Position numbers and translations under genes: made by a program
DNA from: Alphaproteobacteria bacterium
Lineage (GTDB): Bacteria > Pseudomonadota > Alphaproteobacteria > Rickettsiales > SXRF01
Direction: 5' to 3'
Length of the DNA stretch: 64,000 bases
NCBI GenBank assembly: GCA_025360605.1
Contig: JANYBV010000031.1
Coordinates: 3,063-67,062, forward strand
In this document: in pieces, positions 44,421-56,340 of the stretch
Layout: each line of letters starts with the position of its first letter
Position numbering within the stretch: the first letter of the stretch is position 1
The notes under the pieces: model-generated
What the model saw: the letters and a program-made list of their open reading frames with translations, nothing else
The model's database searches: none
Told to the model about the DNA's origin: nothing

Positions 44421-45393
44421 ATAAATCCGTGGAAATATAACGCTCGGAAGCTGAAGCGGCGATCACCACGATGGTTTTGCCTTTCATTTCCGGACGTGCG
44501 CCCACTTCCAAAGCCGCCGCGATGGTCGCGCCGGAGGAAATGCCAACTGGAATCCCGTCGGTTTTGGCTACTTTGCGTGCGGTGGCGAACGCAGTTTCGT
44601 TACCGATGGTGATCACTTCGTCGATCAGGTCGCGTTGCAGGATGTCGGGAATAAAACCGGCACCAATGCCCTGAATTTTGTGCGGGCCGGGTTTGCCACC
44701 GGAAAGAATCGGTGAATCTTCCGGTTCAACAGCAATGATTTTCACGCTCGGTTTGCGATTTTTAAGAACCTGCGCTGTGCCGGTGATGCTGCCGCCGGTG
44801 CCGACTCCGGAGATAAATACATCAACCTTGCCAGCCGTATCTGTCCATATCTCCTCAGCCGTGGTGCGGCGGTGGATTTCCGGATTGGCGGTATTTTTAA
44901 ATTGTTGTAAGATCAATGCTTTTGGATTGCTGGCGAGTATTTCTTCCGCACGTTCAATGGCGCCGCGCATCCCTTTGGCAGCAGGGGTCAGCTCGAGCTG
45001 CGCGCCTAGGAATTTTAACATTTTACGGCGCTCCATCGACATGCTTTCCGGCATCGTAAGAATCAGCTTATAGCCTTTGGCGGCGCATACAAATGCCAGT
45101 GCAATACCAGTGTTGCCTGAGGTTGATTCCACCAGTACGGTGTCTGGCTGTAACTTACCGGACGCTTCCGCCGCTTCTACCATAGAGAGCGCGATACGGT
45201 CTTTTACGGAAGAGAGAGGGTTGAAAAATTCAGCTTTGACAAGAATATCAGCCACACATCCGGCGTCTTTCGCCATACGGTGCAGGCGGATGAGCGGGGT
45301 GTTGCCGATGGTTTCTAAAATGCTGTCATAGATACGGCCACGGCCGGGTTTATCCAGTTCAACAGGAGCGGTTTTAATAGCGTTGGCAGTCAT
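44410..45393 (-). CDS. cysK: cysteine synthase A (O-acetylserine sulfhydrylase)
   Basis: PLP-lysine 'NPLSSVKDR', 'TSGNTGIALA' and 'GVGTGGSITG'. Confidence 0.95.
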   Translation of the reverse strand: MTANAIKTAPVELDKPGRGRIYDSILETIGNTPLIRLHRMAKDAGCVADILVKAEFFNPLSSVKDRIALSMVEAAEASGKLQPDTVLVESTSGNTGIALAFVCAAKGYKLILTMPESMSMERRKMLKFLGAQLELTPAAKGMRGAIERAEEILASNPKALILQQFKNTANPEIHRRTTAEEIWTDTAGKVDVFISGVGTGGSITGTAQVLKNRKPSVKIIAVEPEDSPILSGGKPGPHKIQGIGAGFIPDILQRDLIDEVITIGNETAFATARKVAKTDGIPVGISSGATIAAALEVGARPEMKGKTIVVIAASASERYISTDLFAE

Positions 45394-45418
45394 AGTTTAT
45401 TCCTTTCAAAGTATTTAA

Positions 45419-45871
45419 TTATATAGCGAAATCCATTTTTTCTTCTGACTCTTTGCGAATGTGCTTCAGTGCCGCACGGTCGCATAATTCGGCCAGATTG
45501 ACTTGTTTCAAGTGATCCATCATCTGTTTATGGGCGGTTTCCCACACCGGCTGGACGATTTGTGCGCCAAGCGCGGTTCCGCCGTAGCCCTGCATGTCCT
45601 GATCATCCTTGTCTTCCCTCAGCACTTCGCAAATGTCGCCCACGGTGATGCGGCGGCGTTCACGTGCGAGCAGATAGCCTCCGTGTGGTCCGCGTACCCC
45701 ACGCAGGATGCCACCACGTACCAATCTTTGCATCAGCTGCTCAAGATAGCGCGCTGGTAATCCCTGACGGGTGGCGATGTCGCGGCCACTGATCGGCCCT
45801 TGCATACTGTTATAGGCAATATAGAGAACCGCTTCAACGGCATAGAATAATTTTTTGGAAGGGGTCAGCAC
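45419..45871 (-). CDS. Rrf2-family transcriptional regulator (no Fe-S cysteine triad; CymR-like)
   Basis: N-terminal wHTH 'ISGRDIATRQGLPARYLEQLMQRLVRGGILRGVRGPHGGYLLA'. Only one Cys follows the HTH. Confidence 0.9.
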   Translation of the reverse strand: MLTPSKKLFYAVEAVLYIAYNSMQGPISGRDIATRQGLPARYLEQLMQRLVRGGILRGVRGPHGGYLLARERRRITVGDICEVLREDKDDQDMQGYGGTALGAQIVQPVWETAHKQMMDHLKQVNLAELCDRAALKHIRKESEEKMDFAI

Positions 45872-45873
45872 GT

Positions 45874-46347
45874 TCAGGCCTCGACCACTTTTTTGGCATG
45901 GGTTCCGGTCGAGCCGAAGCCGGACTGGCTACGTGCCGTGTCATCCAGAGAGTCTGCCAGCTCAAAGCTCACACGCGATACCGGAGCGACGATCATCTGG
46001 GCGATGCGCATACCGGTAGTCACCGTAAAGGGTTCTTGTCCGAGATTAACAAGCAACACTTTGATTTCACCACGATAATCAGCATCAATGGTACCAGGGG
46101 TATTAACCAGTGAAATACCGTTTTTAAGGGCGAGGCCCGAGCGTGGCCGGATTTGCGCTTCATAGCCTTCGGGTAGCGCGATGGCGATGCCGGTGGGAAT
46201 GAGGGTGCGCTCCAGTGGTTGTAAAACGATATCCGTGTCAATGGCGGCCATCAGGTCAACGCCCGCCGAAAGGGCGGTGGCATAGGCAGGCAGTGGCAGC
46301 GACGTACCATGCGGAAGCTGCATCAGTTTAACCGGAATCATTGTCAT
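45874..46347 (-). CDS. dut: dUTP diphosphatase
   Basis: 'AGVDL', '[13 protein letters not shown]' and '[10 protein letters not shown]' motifs. ATG 46347 forms an ATGA overlap with the coaBC stop. Confidence 0.95.
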   Translation of the reverse strand: MTMIPVKLMQLPHGTSLPLPAYATALSAGVDLMAAIDTDIVLQPLERTLIPTGIAIALPEGYEAQIRPRSGLALKNGISLVNTPGTIDADYRGEIKVLLVNLGQEPFTVTTGMRIAQMIVAPVSRVSFELADSLDDTARSQSGFGSTGTHAKKVVEA

Positions 46348-47549
46348 ACGTGCTTTCCCATAAACTGTTGAATAAGAATTGCTAATTTGTCGGCGATGGC
46401 ATCCTTGCCCATGAGCGGCCATGGCTCGGTACCTTTGGCAGAAATCAGGGTCACCTGATTGTCGTCGGCGTTGAAACCTTTATCGCCCGACACGTCATTG
46501 GCCAGAATCCAGTCGCAGCCTTTGCGTTTGCGTTTGGCGATAGCATTGGCCACCGTATCCTCTGTTTCTGCCGCAAAACCGACGACAAGGGCAGGGCGCA
46601 GTGTTTTGTGTTGGGCGATATGCGCTAAAATGTCAGGATTTTCAATCAGTTGAAGTTCGTGGAGGGCATTGCCTTGCGTTTTTTTCAATTTACGGGCTGA
46701 AGGTTGTGATGCGCGCCAATCGCCAATCGCGGCGGCACACACGGCCACCTGCACCGGAAGTGTGGCATCGCAGGCTTTGAGCATCTCATCGGCTGAGGTG
46801 ATATGCACCACCTTGATACCTTTGGGGTCCACAAGCTGCGTCGGCCCCGTAATGAGGGTGACATCCACCCCTAGTTGCGCGAGCGCAACCGCGATGGCGT
46901 GCCCCTGCTTGCCCGATGAACGGTTACCGATATAGCGTACCGGATCGATGGCTTCATGGGTGGGGCCGCTGGTCACCAGCGCTTTAAATATTTTTTCTAT
47001 TTTTAGTTTTTTATTCAATTGGTTGAGTATAATTTTGGCAATGTTATCAACGTCCGCCATGCGTCCCGCGCCGGTTTCACCGCACGCCAGCATGCCCTCT
47101 GCCGGATCTATGACAACCGCACCATCCGATTGTATTTGTTTGATATTACGTTGAGTAGCCGGATGGTTCCACATCTGGGTGTTCATCGCCGGAGCTACTA
47201 CCACTGTTTTGTTGCTGGCGAGTAATGTCGCGCTGGCGAGGTCGTCAGCGAGGCCGTTGGCCATTTTGGCGATCAGGTCAGCCGATGCCGGAGCCACCAC
47301 CACAAGATCGGCTTCGCGCGACAGGCGGATATGCCCCATTTCAACTTCATCCTTGAGGGAAAAAAGGTCGGTATAGGCTTGGTTTTCCGAGATTGCAGCG
47401 ACGGACAGGGGGGTAACAAACTGCTCACCGCCTTTAGTGATAATGCAGCGGACGGTGATCTGCTGTTCCCGCAAACGCCGTATCAGGTCGAGCGATTTAT
47501 ACGCCGCGATCGAGCCGCTGATGATAAGGAGGATGGATGGCTGCTTCAT
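46344..47549 (-). CDS. coaBC: bifunctional phosphopantothenoylcysteine decarboxylase / phosphopantothenate-cysteine ligase
   Basis: Flavoprotein N-terminus '[14 protein letters not shown]' and a CoaB half with '[25 protein letters not shown]'. Start ATG 47549. Confidence 0.95.
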   Translation of the reverse strand: MKQPSILLIISGSIAAYKSLDLIRRLREQQITVRCIITKGGEQFVTPLSVAAISENQAYTDLFSLKDEVEMGHIRLSREADLVVVAPASADLIAKMANGLADDLASATLLASNKTVVVAPAMNTQMWNHPATQRNIKQIQSDGAVVIDPAEGMLACGETGAGRMADVDNIAKIILNQLNKKLKIEKIFKALVTSGPTHEAIDPVRYIGNRSSGKQGHAIAVALAQLGVDVTLITGPTQLVDPKGIKVVHITSADEMLKACDATLPVQVAVCAAAIGDWRASQPSARKLKKTQGNALHELQLIENPDILAHIAQHKTLRPALVVGFAAETEDTVANAIAKRKRKGCDWILANDVSGDKGFNADDNQVTLISAKGTEPWPLMGKDAIADKLAILIQQFMGKHV

Positions 47550-47628
47550 AAAATGTGTTTTACAATATTTCACCAATTAAGGGTGTTAAATCTAGGCCTG
47601 TTTTACAGTGATTGCAAGCGTAATGGCA

Positions 47629-50292
47629 TTATTCCTGTGCCATTTCTTTGAGAGCATACAGCAATTGCAATGCGTCCTTGGGAGCGAGTTCATCCGGTTT
47701 TATGGATTGTATTTCAGTGAGTAACGCTTGCGCTTTCGGGTTGGCGGCAGGTGCTGCCTGTGAGTAAAAGAATAAAGGAAGGGATGCGCTCAGGTGTTTT
47801 GCCCCGACCTGCTGCTGTTCCAACTGGTGTAAAATCTCAGCCGCGCGCTTGGTGACGGCGGGTGGAAGTCCGGCGAGCTTGGCGACGTGAATCCCATAGG
47901 AGCGGTCGGCCGATCCGTTGGTGACTTCATGGAGGAAAATCAGCTCACCTTTCCACTCTTTCACCTTCATACTGTGGCAGGATAGCGCGTCCAGATTCTC
48001 TGTGAGGCTGGTAAGCTCATGATAATGTGTGGCAAAAAGTGATCGGCAGCGGATGGAATGATGCAGATGTTCGATGACCGCCCAAGCGATAGAAAGGCCG
48101 TCAAACGTAGCAGTTCCGCGTCCGATCTCGTCAAGGATAACCAATGACTTTTCGGTGGCCTGATGCAAAATGGTGGCGGTTTCTACCATTTCCACCATGA
48201 AGGTAGAACGCCCCCTTGCAAGGTCATCGGCCGCACCCACGCGCGAGAACAGCTTGTCCACCATGCCAATGCGGGCGGAATCGGCTGGAACAAAGGACCC
48301 TATTTGTGCGAGGATAGCGATCAGGGCATTTTGCCGCAGGAACGTACTTTTACCTGCCATGTTAGGGCCGGTAAGTAGCCACAAACGCTGGGTCGTTTCG
48401 AGATTGCAATCATTACCGATGAAGGGGGTCTGGCTGTGCTTGGCTAAACTGGCCTCCACCACCGGATGTCGCCCCCCTTTAATGTCGAATGCCAGCCCCT
48501 GATCGAGCAGGGGGCGGACATAACGCCGTTTGAGGGCTAAATCAGCCAGTCCCTGATAGGCATCGATGAGGGCTACCGCACGGGCAGCTACAATAATAGT
48601 AGCTTGAGAATTCTGTATATTTTCAACTATATTTTGGAATAATTCCATCTCGATCTTCAGTGCGCGGTCGCCTGCTTCGCTGATTTTGCGTTCGAGTTCC
48701 GATAATTCTACAGTGGTGTAGCGTAAATTGTTGGCCAGCGTCTGGCGGTGGATAAAATCCGTGGTGACTTTCGCCTGATGCGGCTGGGTGATTTCGATGT
48801 AATAACCAAGGACGTTATTGTACCTGATTTTGAGTATGCTGATTCCGGTCTGCTCACAATATTTTTGCTGAAGGGCGGCGATCAGGCGTTTACCTTCGTC
48901 GCGCAGCGCCACCAGCTCGTCAAGTTCAACGGAGTACCCGCTGGCGATAAAATTGCCGTCACGGACGAAGATGCCGCAATCGGGTTTTATGGCAGCCTTG
49001 AGGGTGGCGATGAGTGTTTCATGACCGCCGAGGCGCTCACGCAGGGTTATCAGTCCGGCCGATAGTTCCGGCTGGTCATGTTTATCCAGTGCGATTCGTA
49101 CCTTATGGGCGGCTTCCAGACCTGCTAAAATAGCGAGCAAATCCCTCGGCCCGCCACGGTTGAGGCATAGGCGGGAGAGGGCGCGTTCAATGTCGCTGCA
49201 TTCTTTCAGGAGGGCGCGGATGGTGTCACGCAAACTGTTGGCATGATAGAGACAGGCGACGTTATCCTGACGTTCACGGATGACGTCCAATTGCGCTGAA
49301 GGGGCGGCCAGCCAGCCGGACAAGAGCCGTGCGCCTGCCGAGGTAAGTGTTTCATCGATGACCGAAAAAAGGCTGCCACGACGGCTTCCCGACAGAGTTT
49401 GCATCAGTTCGAGGTTGCGGCTGCTGGCGGCATCGATGAGCATGTATTCACCGGAACGCTGGATGCTGGGAGCATCAAGGCGCGGCAGGTTGTTTTTTTG
49501 CGTCAGCATGACGTAGTCGATCAATGCCCCGCAAATGGATAGCATGGCGTTACTGAAATCTCCGAAGACGTCGAGCGAGGTGACACCGTAGCATTCTTTC
49601 AGGCGGCGCTCGCTGCGGCGCAGGTCGAACACACTGGGCGGCTGGAGGGTGAGGACGGATTTCCAGTCTTCTAGCTGGGGAAGCTGTTGCAGCCCGTCCG
49701 GAACCAGAAGCTCGCGCGGGCGGATGCGCGACAGTTCGGCGGTAAGATTGGCTTTTAAAACGCCTGCCACGCGGAATTCACCGGTGGAAATATCCAGCCA
49801 CGCAAGGGCAAGTTCTCCGGTCATTTCCAGCAACCCCGCCAGATAATTGGACGACCTTGCATCGAGCAGGGTTTCTTCGGTGATGGTACCAGGGGTGACA
49901 ATGCGGACGACATCGCGGTGGACGACCGATTTTGCCCCGCGTTTCTTGGCTTCTGCCGGATCTTCCATCTGTTCACAGATGGCCACCTTGGCTCCGGAGA
50001 GAATCAGTTTTTCAAGATAGCTTTCATGGCTATGCACCGGCACGCCGCACATGGGGATATCCTCGCCGGCATGTTTACCACGTTTGGTGAGTGCGATATC
50101 AAGAATCTGCGAGGCTTTGACGGCATCGTCGAAGAACAGTTCATAAAAATCACCCATGCGGTAAAACAGGATACATTCCTGATGGGTGGCTTTCAGCCGC
50201 AGATATTGCTGCATGGCAGGGGTTGCATCGGCAATGGCAGCGGTTGTTTCTTGTGGCAATTCAATCGATATTTCAGATGCTAAACTAGTCAT
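47629..50292 (-). CDS. mutS: DNA mismatch repair protein MutS
   Basis: 887 aa. N-terminal '[30 protein letters not shown]', Walker A 'GPNMAGKST', 'DEIGRGT'. Confidence 0.97.
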   Translation of the reverse strand: MTSLASEISIELPQETTAAIADATPAMQQYLRLKATHQECILFYRMGDFYELFFDDAVKASQILDIALTKRGKHAGEDIPMCGVPVHSHESYLEKLILSGAKVAICEQMEDPAEAKKRGAKSVVHRDVVRIVTPGTITEETLLDARSSNYLAGLLEMTGELALAWLDISTGEFRVAGVLKANLTAELSRIRPRELLVPDGLQQLPQLEDWKSVLTLQPPSVFDLRRSERRLKECYGVTSLDVFGDFSNAMLSICGALIDYVMLTQKNNLPRLDAPSIQRSGEYMLIDAASSRNLELMQTLSGSRRGSLFSVIDETLTSAGARLLSGWLAAPSAQLDVIRERQDNVACLYHANSLRDTIRALLKECSDIERALSRLCLNRGGPRDLLAILAGLEAAHKVRIALDKHDQPELSAGLITLRERLGGHETLIATLKAAIKPDCGIFVRDGNFIASGYSVELDELVALRDEGKRLIAALQQKYCEQTGISILKIRYNNVLGYYIEITQPHQAKVTTDFIHRQTLANNLRYTTVELSELERKISEAGDRALKIEMELFQNIVENIQNSQATIIVAARAVALIDAYQGLADLALKRRYVRPLLDQGLAFDIKGGRHPVVEASLAKHSQTPFIGNDCNLETTQRLWLLTGPNMAGKSTFLRQNALIAILAQIGSFVPADSARIGMVDKLFSRVGAADDLARGRSTFMVEMVETATILHQATEKSLVILDEIGRGTATFDGLSIAWAVIEHLHHSIRCRSLFATHYHELTSLTENLDALSCHSMKVKEWKGELIFLHEVTNGSADRSYGIHVAKLAGLPPAVTKRAAEILHQLEQQQVGAKHLSASLPLFFYSQAAPAANPKAQALLTEIQSIKPDELAPKDALQLLYALKEMAQE

Positions 50293-50367
50293 AAACCTGC
50301 AAGCCGAACTGTAATAAAAGCTTCATTATTAAAAATAGCTTAATAAACTATAGTGCTTCCCTCGACC

Positions 50368-50925
50368 ATGCAAGAACGACTACGCAAAAACGACAGGAGC
50401 CTGTTTATGTCACCTAAGAAAAAAACCGATGAACCCCAGAGATCACGCAAGCCGGTTAAGAAAACCATAGAACCCAAAGGGGTCATTCAGCCCATTATAT
50501 CTGAGCGTACAGCCGCTGAGATTGTCGATGATATTATCTATTTCGATACCGCTAAACCGATCAGGCATACGAACCCCGAATCCCTTGGCATGCATTTGTC
50601 CGAGATATCCGAAAAGGGCAACGCTGATGCGGCGCAATTGTATCAGGCACTGATGGTTATCAAAGATGTGGAACCTGAACATTACCCCGTGGGCGCGCTA
50701 GCCGTGGTGTTGCAAAAAGCTCCTGCGGTGCTGACGCAATTGTCGGATGAGATCACACGGCTGGCCGGTCGGTCCGACTCGGAGGACGATCAAACATTTA
50801 TGCGCCATCAGGTCCAAATGATTCAGGGGCCGGAGTTGCAGGGATTGTTCCTTGAACTGGCTTCCGTACTAAAAATACAAAATGTGTCCTTTGGTAGCAC
50901 AGGCGCCACTAAGGCTGCCTTGTAA
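50368..50925 (+). CDS. hypothetical protein
   Basis: ORF divergent from mutS. Start ambiguous (GTG 50353, ATG 50368 or ATG 50407). No recognisable domain. Confidence 0.45.
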   Translation: MQERLRKNDRSLFMSPKKKTDEPQRSRKPVKKTIEPKGVIQPIISERTAAEIVDDIIYFDTAKPIRHTNPESLGMHLSEISEKGNADAAQLYQALMVIKDVEPEHYPVGALAVVLQKAPAVLTQLSDEITRLAGRSDSEDDQTFMRHQVQMIQGPELQGLFLELASVLKIQNVSFGSTGATKAAL

Positions 50926-51158
50926 TATCTGGATGCGTCCAGAATAATTTCCGCTATCAAGCGGATACGGGTGCTTTGGCAGGATAGGCGCAGCTTTGCG
51001 AATGATTACAGCGCGATAAATACTGCAATTTTTTCTACTTTTTTCTTGCATTCTGCGTGGCTATGTGTGAAGTACACCCTTCATCAATGAAATCATAATG
51101 TTATGTTGCATTGCACAAGGGGTTTGATGCGGCATTATAATTTTTGCAGGGTAGAGAA

Positions 51159-53477
51159 ATGACCACAGAAAAAGAACCAATTACCGATGCCGAAGCACTT
51201 GCCTATCACTCCGAAGGTAAGCCTGGAAAGTTGTCCATTCTCCCGACCAAGCCGCTGATGACCCAGCGCGACCTGTCGCTGGGCTATTCCCCCGGTGTTG
51301 CGGTTCCCTGCCTTGCTATTCAGAAAAATCCCGAGCTGGCATATGATTATACGTCGCGTGGAAATTTTGTCGCCGTTATCTCCAATGGTACGGCGGTGCT
51401 GGGGTTAGGTAACCTTGGTGCGCTGGCTTCCAAACCGGTGATGGAAGGCAAAGCCATCCTGTTCAAGCGTTTCGCCGATATTGATTGCGTGGATATCGAA
51501 GTAGACACCACCGATGTGGATGAATTCGTCAACTGCGTGAAGTTGCTTGGCCCGTCATGGGGCGGCATCAACTTAGAAGATATCGCCGCACCAGAATGTT
51601 TCATCATCGAACAACGCCTGCGCGAACTCATGGACATCCCTGTATTCCATGACGATCAGCATGGCACCGCTATCATCGTAGCCGCTGGCCTCATCAACGC
51701 CGCGCACCTGACTGGTCGTAAACTGAAGGATATTAAAGTCGTTGTGCTGGGTGCCGGTTCTGCGGGCATCGCCTGTCTGGAACTCATCAAACGCATGGGT
51801 GTCAAACATGAAAATGCGCTTCTGGTTGATAAAACCGGCGTTATTTACGAAGGCCGCACCGAAGGCATGAACCAGTGGAAAAGCGCGCATGCGGTGAAAA
51901 CCGACAAGCGCACGCTGGCCGATGCTATGAACGGCGCTGACATGTTCATGGGGCTGGCGGGTAAAAACGCCGTGAGCAAAGAAATCATTGCCACCATGGC
52001 TAAAAATCCAATCATTTTTGCCATGGCGAATCCTGATCCGGAAATTACACCGGAAGATGTTCGCTCGGTTCGTAGTGATGCGATCATTGCTACCGGACGT
52101 TCGGACTATGCCAATCAGGTGAATAACGTGATGGGCTTTCCGTACATTTTCCGTGGCGCATTAGATTGCCGCGCATCACAGATCAATGAAGAAATGAAAG
52201 TGGCGGCGGCGGAAGCCATTGCTGCGCTGGCGCGTGAGGAAGTGCCGGAAGAAGTGTCGGCAGCCTATTCCGGCCGCAAGATGGAATACGGTTCCGAATA
52301 CATCATTCCTGCACCGTTTGATCCGCGCCTGATGACTACGGTTCCGGTGGCGGTGGCACAGGCAGCGATGCGTACCGGTGTGGCACGCAAGCCGATTATC
52401 GACATTGCGGCTTACAAAAAAGAACTCGGCGCACGCCGTGACCCGACCGCTAACTCGATGCAGCATATTTTTGACAAGGTGCGCGCTAATCCTCAGCGTA
52501 TGATTTTTGCTGAAGGCGAAGAAGAAAAAATTATCCGCGCGGCTGTTCAGTGGCGCGATAACGGCTACGGAAGTCCTATTCTGGTCGGACGTGTTGACCG
52601 TATTCAGGCCTTGATGAAAAAAATGGCGGTGGTGAATTTCGAAAATATCGAAATCGCTAATGCCGCTGTCAGCCCGCATGTCGACGAGTATATCGATCTT
52701 CTCTATCCGCGCCTGTCACGTCAGGGATACCTCTACCGCGACGTAGCACGTATGGTGAAAAACGACCGTAATATTTTTGCTTCGTGCATGTTGGCGCTTG
52801 GCCACGGTGATGCGCTTATCACCGGTGTTACCCGCAATTACACGGTCAGCCTCGAAAACATCACCCGCGTAATCGACACCAAGCCGGATGAATTCCTCTT
52901 CGGTATTTCTCTCATTGTTGCCAAAGGCAAAACGCTGTTCTTCGCCGATACTACGGTGCAGGAATTGCCAGACCCCGAACAGCTCGCCCACATCGCGGTG
53001 AAAACCGCCGATATGGCGCGCAAGATGGGGCATGAGCCACGCGTTGCATTGCTTTCGTATTCCACCTTCGGTAATCCGATGCGTGAAAAATCTGCCCGTA
53101 TCCGTGATGCGGTGCATGTGCTTGACGGCATGAAAGTGGATTTCGAGTATGATGGTGAAATGTCAGCCGGTGTGGCGCTCAACAAGGAAATGATGAGTCT
53201 GTATCCGTTCTGCCGCCTGTCTGGCCCTGCTAACGTGCTGGTCATGCCCGCCCTTCACTCCGCGCACATTGCCTCGCACTTGTTGCAGGAGCTGGGTGAT
53301 GGTGTCACCATTGGCCCTGTAACCATTGGCTTGCAGCGTCCGGCGCAGATTGTTCAGATGACTGCAACGATTTCGGAAATCATGAATATGGCTGCCGTTG
53401 CCGCACTGGAATCCATTACGGAACAGGAAAACAAGGTCGCTAAAATCAACCCGAAGCCAAAAAAAGCTAAAGCGTAA
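51159..53477 (+). CDS. maeB: NADP-dependent malic enzyme (malic enzyme plus PTA-like domain)
   Basis: 772 aa from ATG 51159. '[15 protein letters not shown]', 'FHDDQHGTA' and 'VLGAGSAG', plus a ~330-aa phosphotransacetylase-like C-terminal half. Confidence 0.95.
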   Translation: MTTEKEPITDAEALAYHSEGKPGKLSILPTKPLMTQRDLSLGYSPGVAVPCLAIQKNPELAYDYTSRGNFVAVISNGTAVLGLGNLGALASKPVMEGKAILFKRFADIDCVDIEVDTTDVDEFVNCVKLLGPSWGGINLEDIAAPECFIIEQRLRELMDIPVFHDDQHGTAIIVAAGLINAAHLTGRKLKDIKVVVLGAGSAGIACLELIKRMGVKHENALLVDKTGVIYEGRTEGMNQWKSAHAVKTDKRTLADAMNGADMFMGLAGKNAVSKEIIATMAKNPIIFAMANPDPEITPEDVRSVRSDAIIATGRSDYANQVNNVMGFPYIFRGALDCRASQINEEMKVAAAEAIAALAREEVPEEVSAAYSGRKMEYGSEYIIPAPFDPRLMTTVPVAVAQAAMRTGVARKPIIDIAAYKKELGARRDPTANSMQHIFDKVRANPQRMIFAEGEEEKIIRAAVQWRDNGYGSPILVGRVDRIQALMKKMAVVNFENIEIANAAVSPHVDEYIDLLYPRLSRQGYLYRDVARMVKNDRNIFASCMLALGHGDALITGVTRNYTVSLENITRVIDTKPDEFLFGISLIVAKGKTLFFADTTVQELPDPEQLAHIAVKTADMARKMGHEPRVALLSYSTFGNPMREKSARIRDAVHVLDGMKVDFEYDGEMSAGVALNKEMMSLYPFCRLSGPANVLVMPALHSAHIASHLLQELGDGVTIGPVTIGLQRPAQIVQMTATISEIMNMAAVAALESITEQENKVAKINPKPKKAKA

Positions 53478-53480
53478 GTC

Positions 53481-54899
53481 ATGGCTCTGTACCATCGGTT
53501 AATCTGGTGGTATCTCGCGGCTCCGGTTATACTCTTCCTGCTGGGCTGGTATACCCCCCTGATTGCGGTGCCTGTGTCCTGCGCGACGATGTGGGCGGTC
53601 TGGCAGGTAAGCCGTTATCCTGATGCTTCCGGCGCACCTGCATTCCCCAAACGGCTTACGCTGCTGACCCTCGGTTTTATGGTGCTGCTGACATGGATCA
53701 GCATGCTGCGTACCAATGGCGACTGGTTAGAGCATCGTGCCATTTTCTACGATCTTGCCCGTTGCCACTGGCCAGTGGGTTACCAGTTTGATGCCAAAGA
53801 CGTGATGCTTGATTATCACCTCGTCTATTTTTCTCCTTCGGCGTGGGTGGCTTCCCTGATTGGAATGGCATGGCTTCCGCAGGCAGTATTTGCATGGACA
53901 TCAGCCGGATTCGGACTGATTTTCTGGGGATATTTCCGCCGCAGCCAGACAATAGCAGAATGGTGTGTGCTGTGTTTTTTTCTGATCGCATTCGGTGGCT
54001 GGGATATTTTCGGCTACTACCTCAAGCATAACGCATGGCCACCGGAAGATACACATGTGACATGGTGGAGCCCGCTGGAAACCAGCAGTAATATCATTCT
54101 GTTTTACTGGGTTCCGCAGCATGTAATTCCGGCGTGGCTGGCGGGATTGCTGTTGTTCCGGCCACAACTAAAAACGCAGGATCGTGTCCGGTTCGGGGCG
54201 TTTTTACTGGCGCTGGTAGCGTGCTGGTCACCGCTGGTGGCCATTGGCCTTGCCGTTTTTGTTGTCATTGATTTTTTATCGGTAAATCCCTTCAAGGCGG
54301 TGCTTAGGCACTTTTTTGTTTATCTGGTAAGCGTATGTCTGGTGGGAACGTATTTCGTCTATATCGCGCGCGATCCGGCTTCGGTGGTGCATGGCTGGTC
54401 CATGCTGATCGGCGATAAATTCCTGCGTTATTACGTGTATTTCGCGGTGCTGCAATTAGCCGTGATATTTGCAATCGTGTTACTATTTGTCGACAAAAAA
54501 AAGCACCAGCGCAATTTGCTGGTGTGTTACGTTGTGTTGCTTTTAGCACCGCAATACGATCTTGGTGTGGCGTATGACCTGACCATGCGCGGGCCGATGG
54601 TGGAGTATTTTTTCCTTCTGCTGGTTACGGGGGACGGTGCGTTACGCTGGCTTCGGGAGCGTAACTTCGGATGGTTGCACGTGATTGCCGCCGGCACTTT
54701 ATTGCTTCCTGCTTCCGTTGCGCCGCTCTATGACACGTGGACGGCACTTAAACATACGAAAGACGGGGTACTTACCCCTCCGTTTAATGAAGGGATTGAG
54801 CGGATCTTCGCTGATTCAGGCCTCAAATACCAGTACATTGCCACCGTAACGCCCGCAAAGAAAATGTTCCTACGTAATGTAACGGTGTGTAGTAAATAA
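53481..54899 (+). CDS. polytopic membrane protein of unknown function
   Basis: 472 aa with about 12 hydrophobic segments. Starts 3 nt after the maeB stop. Confidence 0.7.
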   Translation: MALYHRLIWWYLAAPVILFLLGWYTPLIAVPVSCATMWAVWQVSRYPDASGAPAFPKRLTLLTLGFMVLLTWISMLRTNGDWLEHRAIFYDLARCHWPVGYQFDAKDVMLDYHLVYFSPSAWVASLIGMAWLPQAVFAWTSAGFGLIFWGYFRRSQTIAEWCVLCFFLIAFGGWDIFGYYLKHNAWPPEDTHVTWWSPLETSSNIILFYWVPQHVIPAWLAGLLLFRPQLKTQDRVRFGAFLLALVACWSPLVAIGLAVFVVIDFLSVNPFKAVLRHFFVYLVSVCLVGTYFVYIARDPASVVHGWSMLIGDKFLRYYVYFAVLQLAVIFAIVLLFVDKKKHQRNLLVCYVVLLLAPQYDLGVAYDLTMRGPMVEYFFLLLVTGDGALRWLRERNFGWLHVIAAGTLLLPASVAPLYDTWTALKHTKDGVLTPPFNEGIERIFADSGLKYQYIATVTPAKKMFLRNVTVCSK

Positions 54900-54938
54900 T
54901 GCTAATCGTGCGTCCGGCAAACAGGGCCAGATGCCTTT

Positions 54939-55295
54939 CTATCCCTTATTAAAATCATCCTTACGATACTGGTACTGCACGGCAATAATCAGCGCTTTGA
55001 GCAGGCGCAGGCTTATCAGCGAGCCAATAATCACAAACGGCACCCAGATCATCCCGTGTACCCAAAAGGGTGGCGAGAATTTTACTTCGACAATGGCCGC
55101 ACCAATGGCAGTAAGCGCCCCGATCAGTAATACCCCTAAAAATGCGGGACCATCGCCTTGCTCACGCGCATTGAACGAAAGGCCACAGCTGTGGCAATAG
55201 TCGGCAATCTCAAGACGGTTTTTGAACAGCTTTCCTTTGCCGCAGGCAGGGCATATTCCTTTTAACGCAACGGTGGCGATGGAGGGGGCGGTCAT
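54939..55295 (-). CDS. DUF983 family zinc-ribbon membrane protein
   Basis: 'CPACGKGKLF...CHSCGL' followed by two TM helices. Typical neighbour of alphaproteobacterial cta genes. Confidence 0.8.
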   Translation of the reverse strand: MTAPSIATVALKGICPACGKGKLFKNRLEIADYCHSCGLSFNAREQGDGPAFLGVLLIGALTAIGAAIVEVKFSPPFWVHGMIWVPFVIIGSLISLRLLKALIIAVQYQYRKDDFNKG

Positions 55296-55309
55296 GAAAT
55301 ATCCGGCAT

Positions 55310-55346
55310 AAAAAAAACGGGAACCGGTTGTCCGGCTCCCGTTTTT
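55310..55346 (-). terminator. rho-independent terminator after ctaE (bidirectional form)
   Basis: Stem cgggaaccgg / ccggctcccg (one mismatch) with loop ttgt. Flanked by A8 on the left and T5 on the right. Confidence 0.7.
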
Positions 55347-55362
55347 GCAGAAACGATACGCA

Positions 55363-56310
55363 CTAGTGCGATGCCTTTACCAGCCCGCCTTTAGCAAGGA
55401 TGCGAACGGCGAAATAACCAGCCGCTACCAGTGAGAGGCCAAAAGCGATCAGGATGTTGGTGCCGGTGAAGATGGCCTCAAATGCAGGCATCAGCTTGTT
55501 GGCGAAATCGCAATAGACGAAGAGGAACAGGAACAACCAGACCACGTCGACGAAATGCCAGTACCATGCGGCGAATTCAAAGCCCAGATGCTGTTTCGGC
55601 TCTAAATGGCCCTTATACGCACGGCACAGGCACACGGCGAGGAAAATGGTGCCCACGAGTACGTGGAAGCCATGGAATCCGGTAGCCATGAAGAAGGTTG
55701 AGGCATAGATGCCGTCTTTGAAACCAAAGGCCGCATGGGTGTATTCATAGGCCTGACAGCAGGTGAAGATGAAGCCAAGAATCACCGTGTACCATAGTGC
55801 GGTGATGGTTTCCTTGCGGTTATTGGTCAATACGGCATAGTGTGCCCATGTGACGGTCGTGCCGGACAACAGCAGAATCAGCGTATTGAGAAAGGGAAGG
55901 TGGAAGGCATCGAAAGGCTTGATGCCCTTCGGTGGCCAGATGCCATCGGCCATTGCCCAGATATCCGACAGCGGTGCTTTAGGCAGGGTGCTGGAGCTGA
56001 AAAATGCCCAGAAAAACGCCATAAAAAACAACACTTCCGATGTGATAAACAATGCCATACCGGCGCGCAGGCCGCGGCTGACAGCACTGGTGTGCGCTTT
56101 ATCAACGCGTGCTTCATGCACCACGTCGCGCCACCAGACATACATCGTGTAGAGTACGATCAGCATACCGATCATCATCAGAACCACACCACCGGTTTTC
56201 TGGTGGAAGAACATAGCGCTGCCAAGCGTACTCATGAACAGTGCGAGCGAGGCGAGGGCAGGCCATGGGCTTGGGTTAACGAGATGGTAGGGATGGGTTT
56301 GGTTCGACAT
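55363..56310 (-). CDS. ctaE: cytochrome c oxidase subunit III with an extra C-terminal TM extension
   Basis: 'HPYHLVNPSPWP' N-terminus and 'WYWHFVDVVWLFLF'. About 45 residues follow the usual end. Confidence 0.95.
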   Translation of the reverse strand: MSNQTHPYHLVNPSPWPALASLALFMSTLGSAMFFHQKTGGVVLMMIGMLIVLYTMYVWWRDVVHEARVDKAHTSAVSRGLRAGMALFITSEVLFFMAFFWAFFSSSTLPKAPLSDIWAMADGIWPPKGIKPFDAFHLPFLNTLILLLSGTTVTWAHYAVLTNNRKETITALWYTVILGFIFTCCQAYEYTHAAFGFKDGIYASTFFMATGFHGFHVLVGTIFLAVCLCRAYKGHLEPKQHLGFEFAAWYWHFVDVVWLFLFLFVYCDFANKLMPAFEAIFTGTNILIAFGLSLVAAGYFAVRILAKGGLVKASH

Positions 56311-56340
56311 GAACAGCGGCTCCTGATTGGTACGTGGAAG

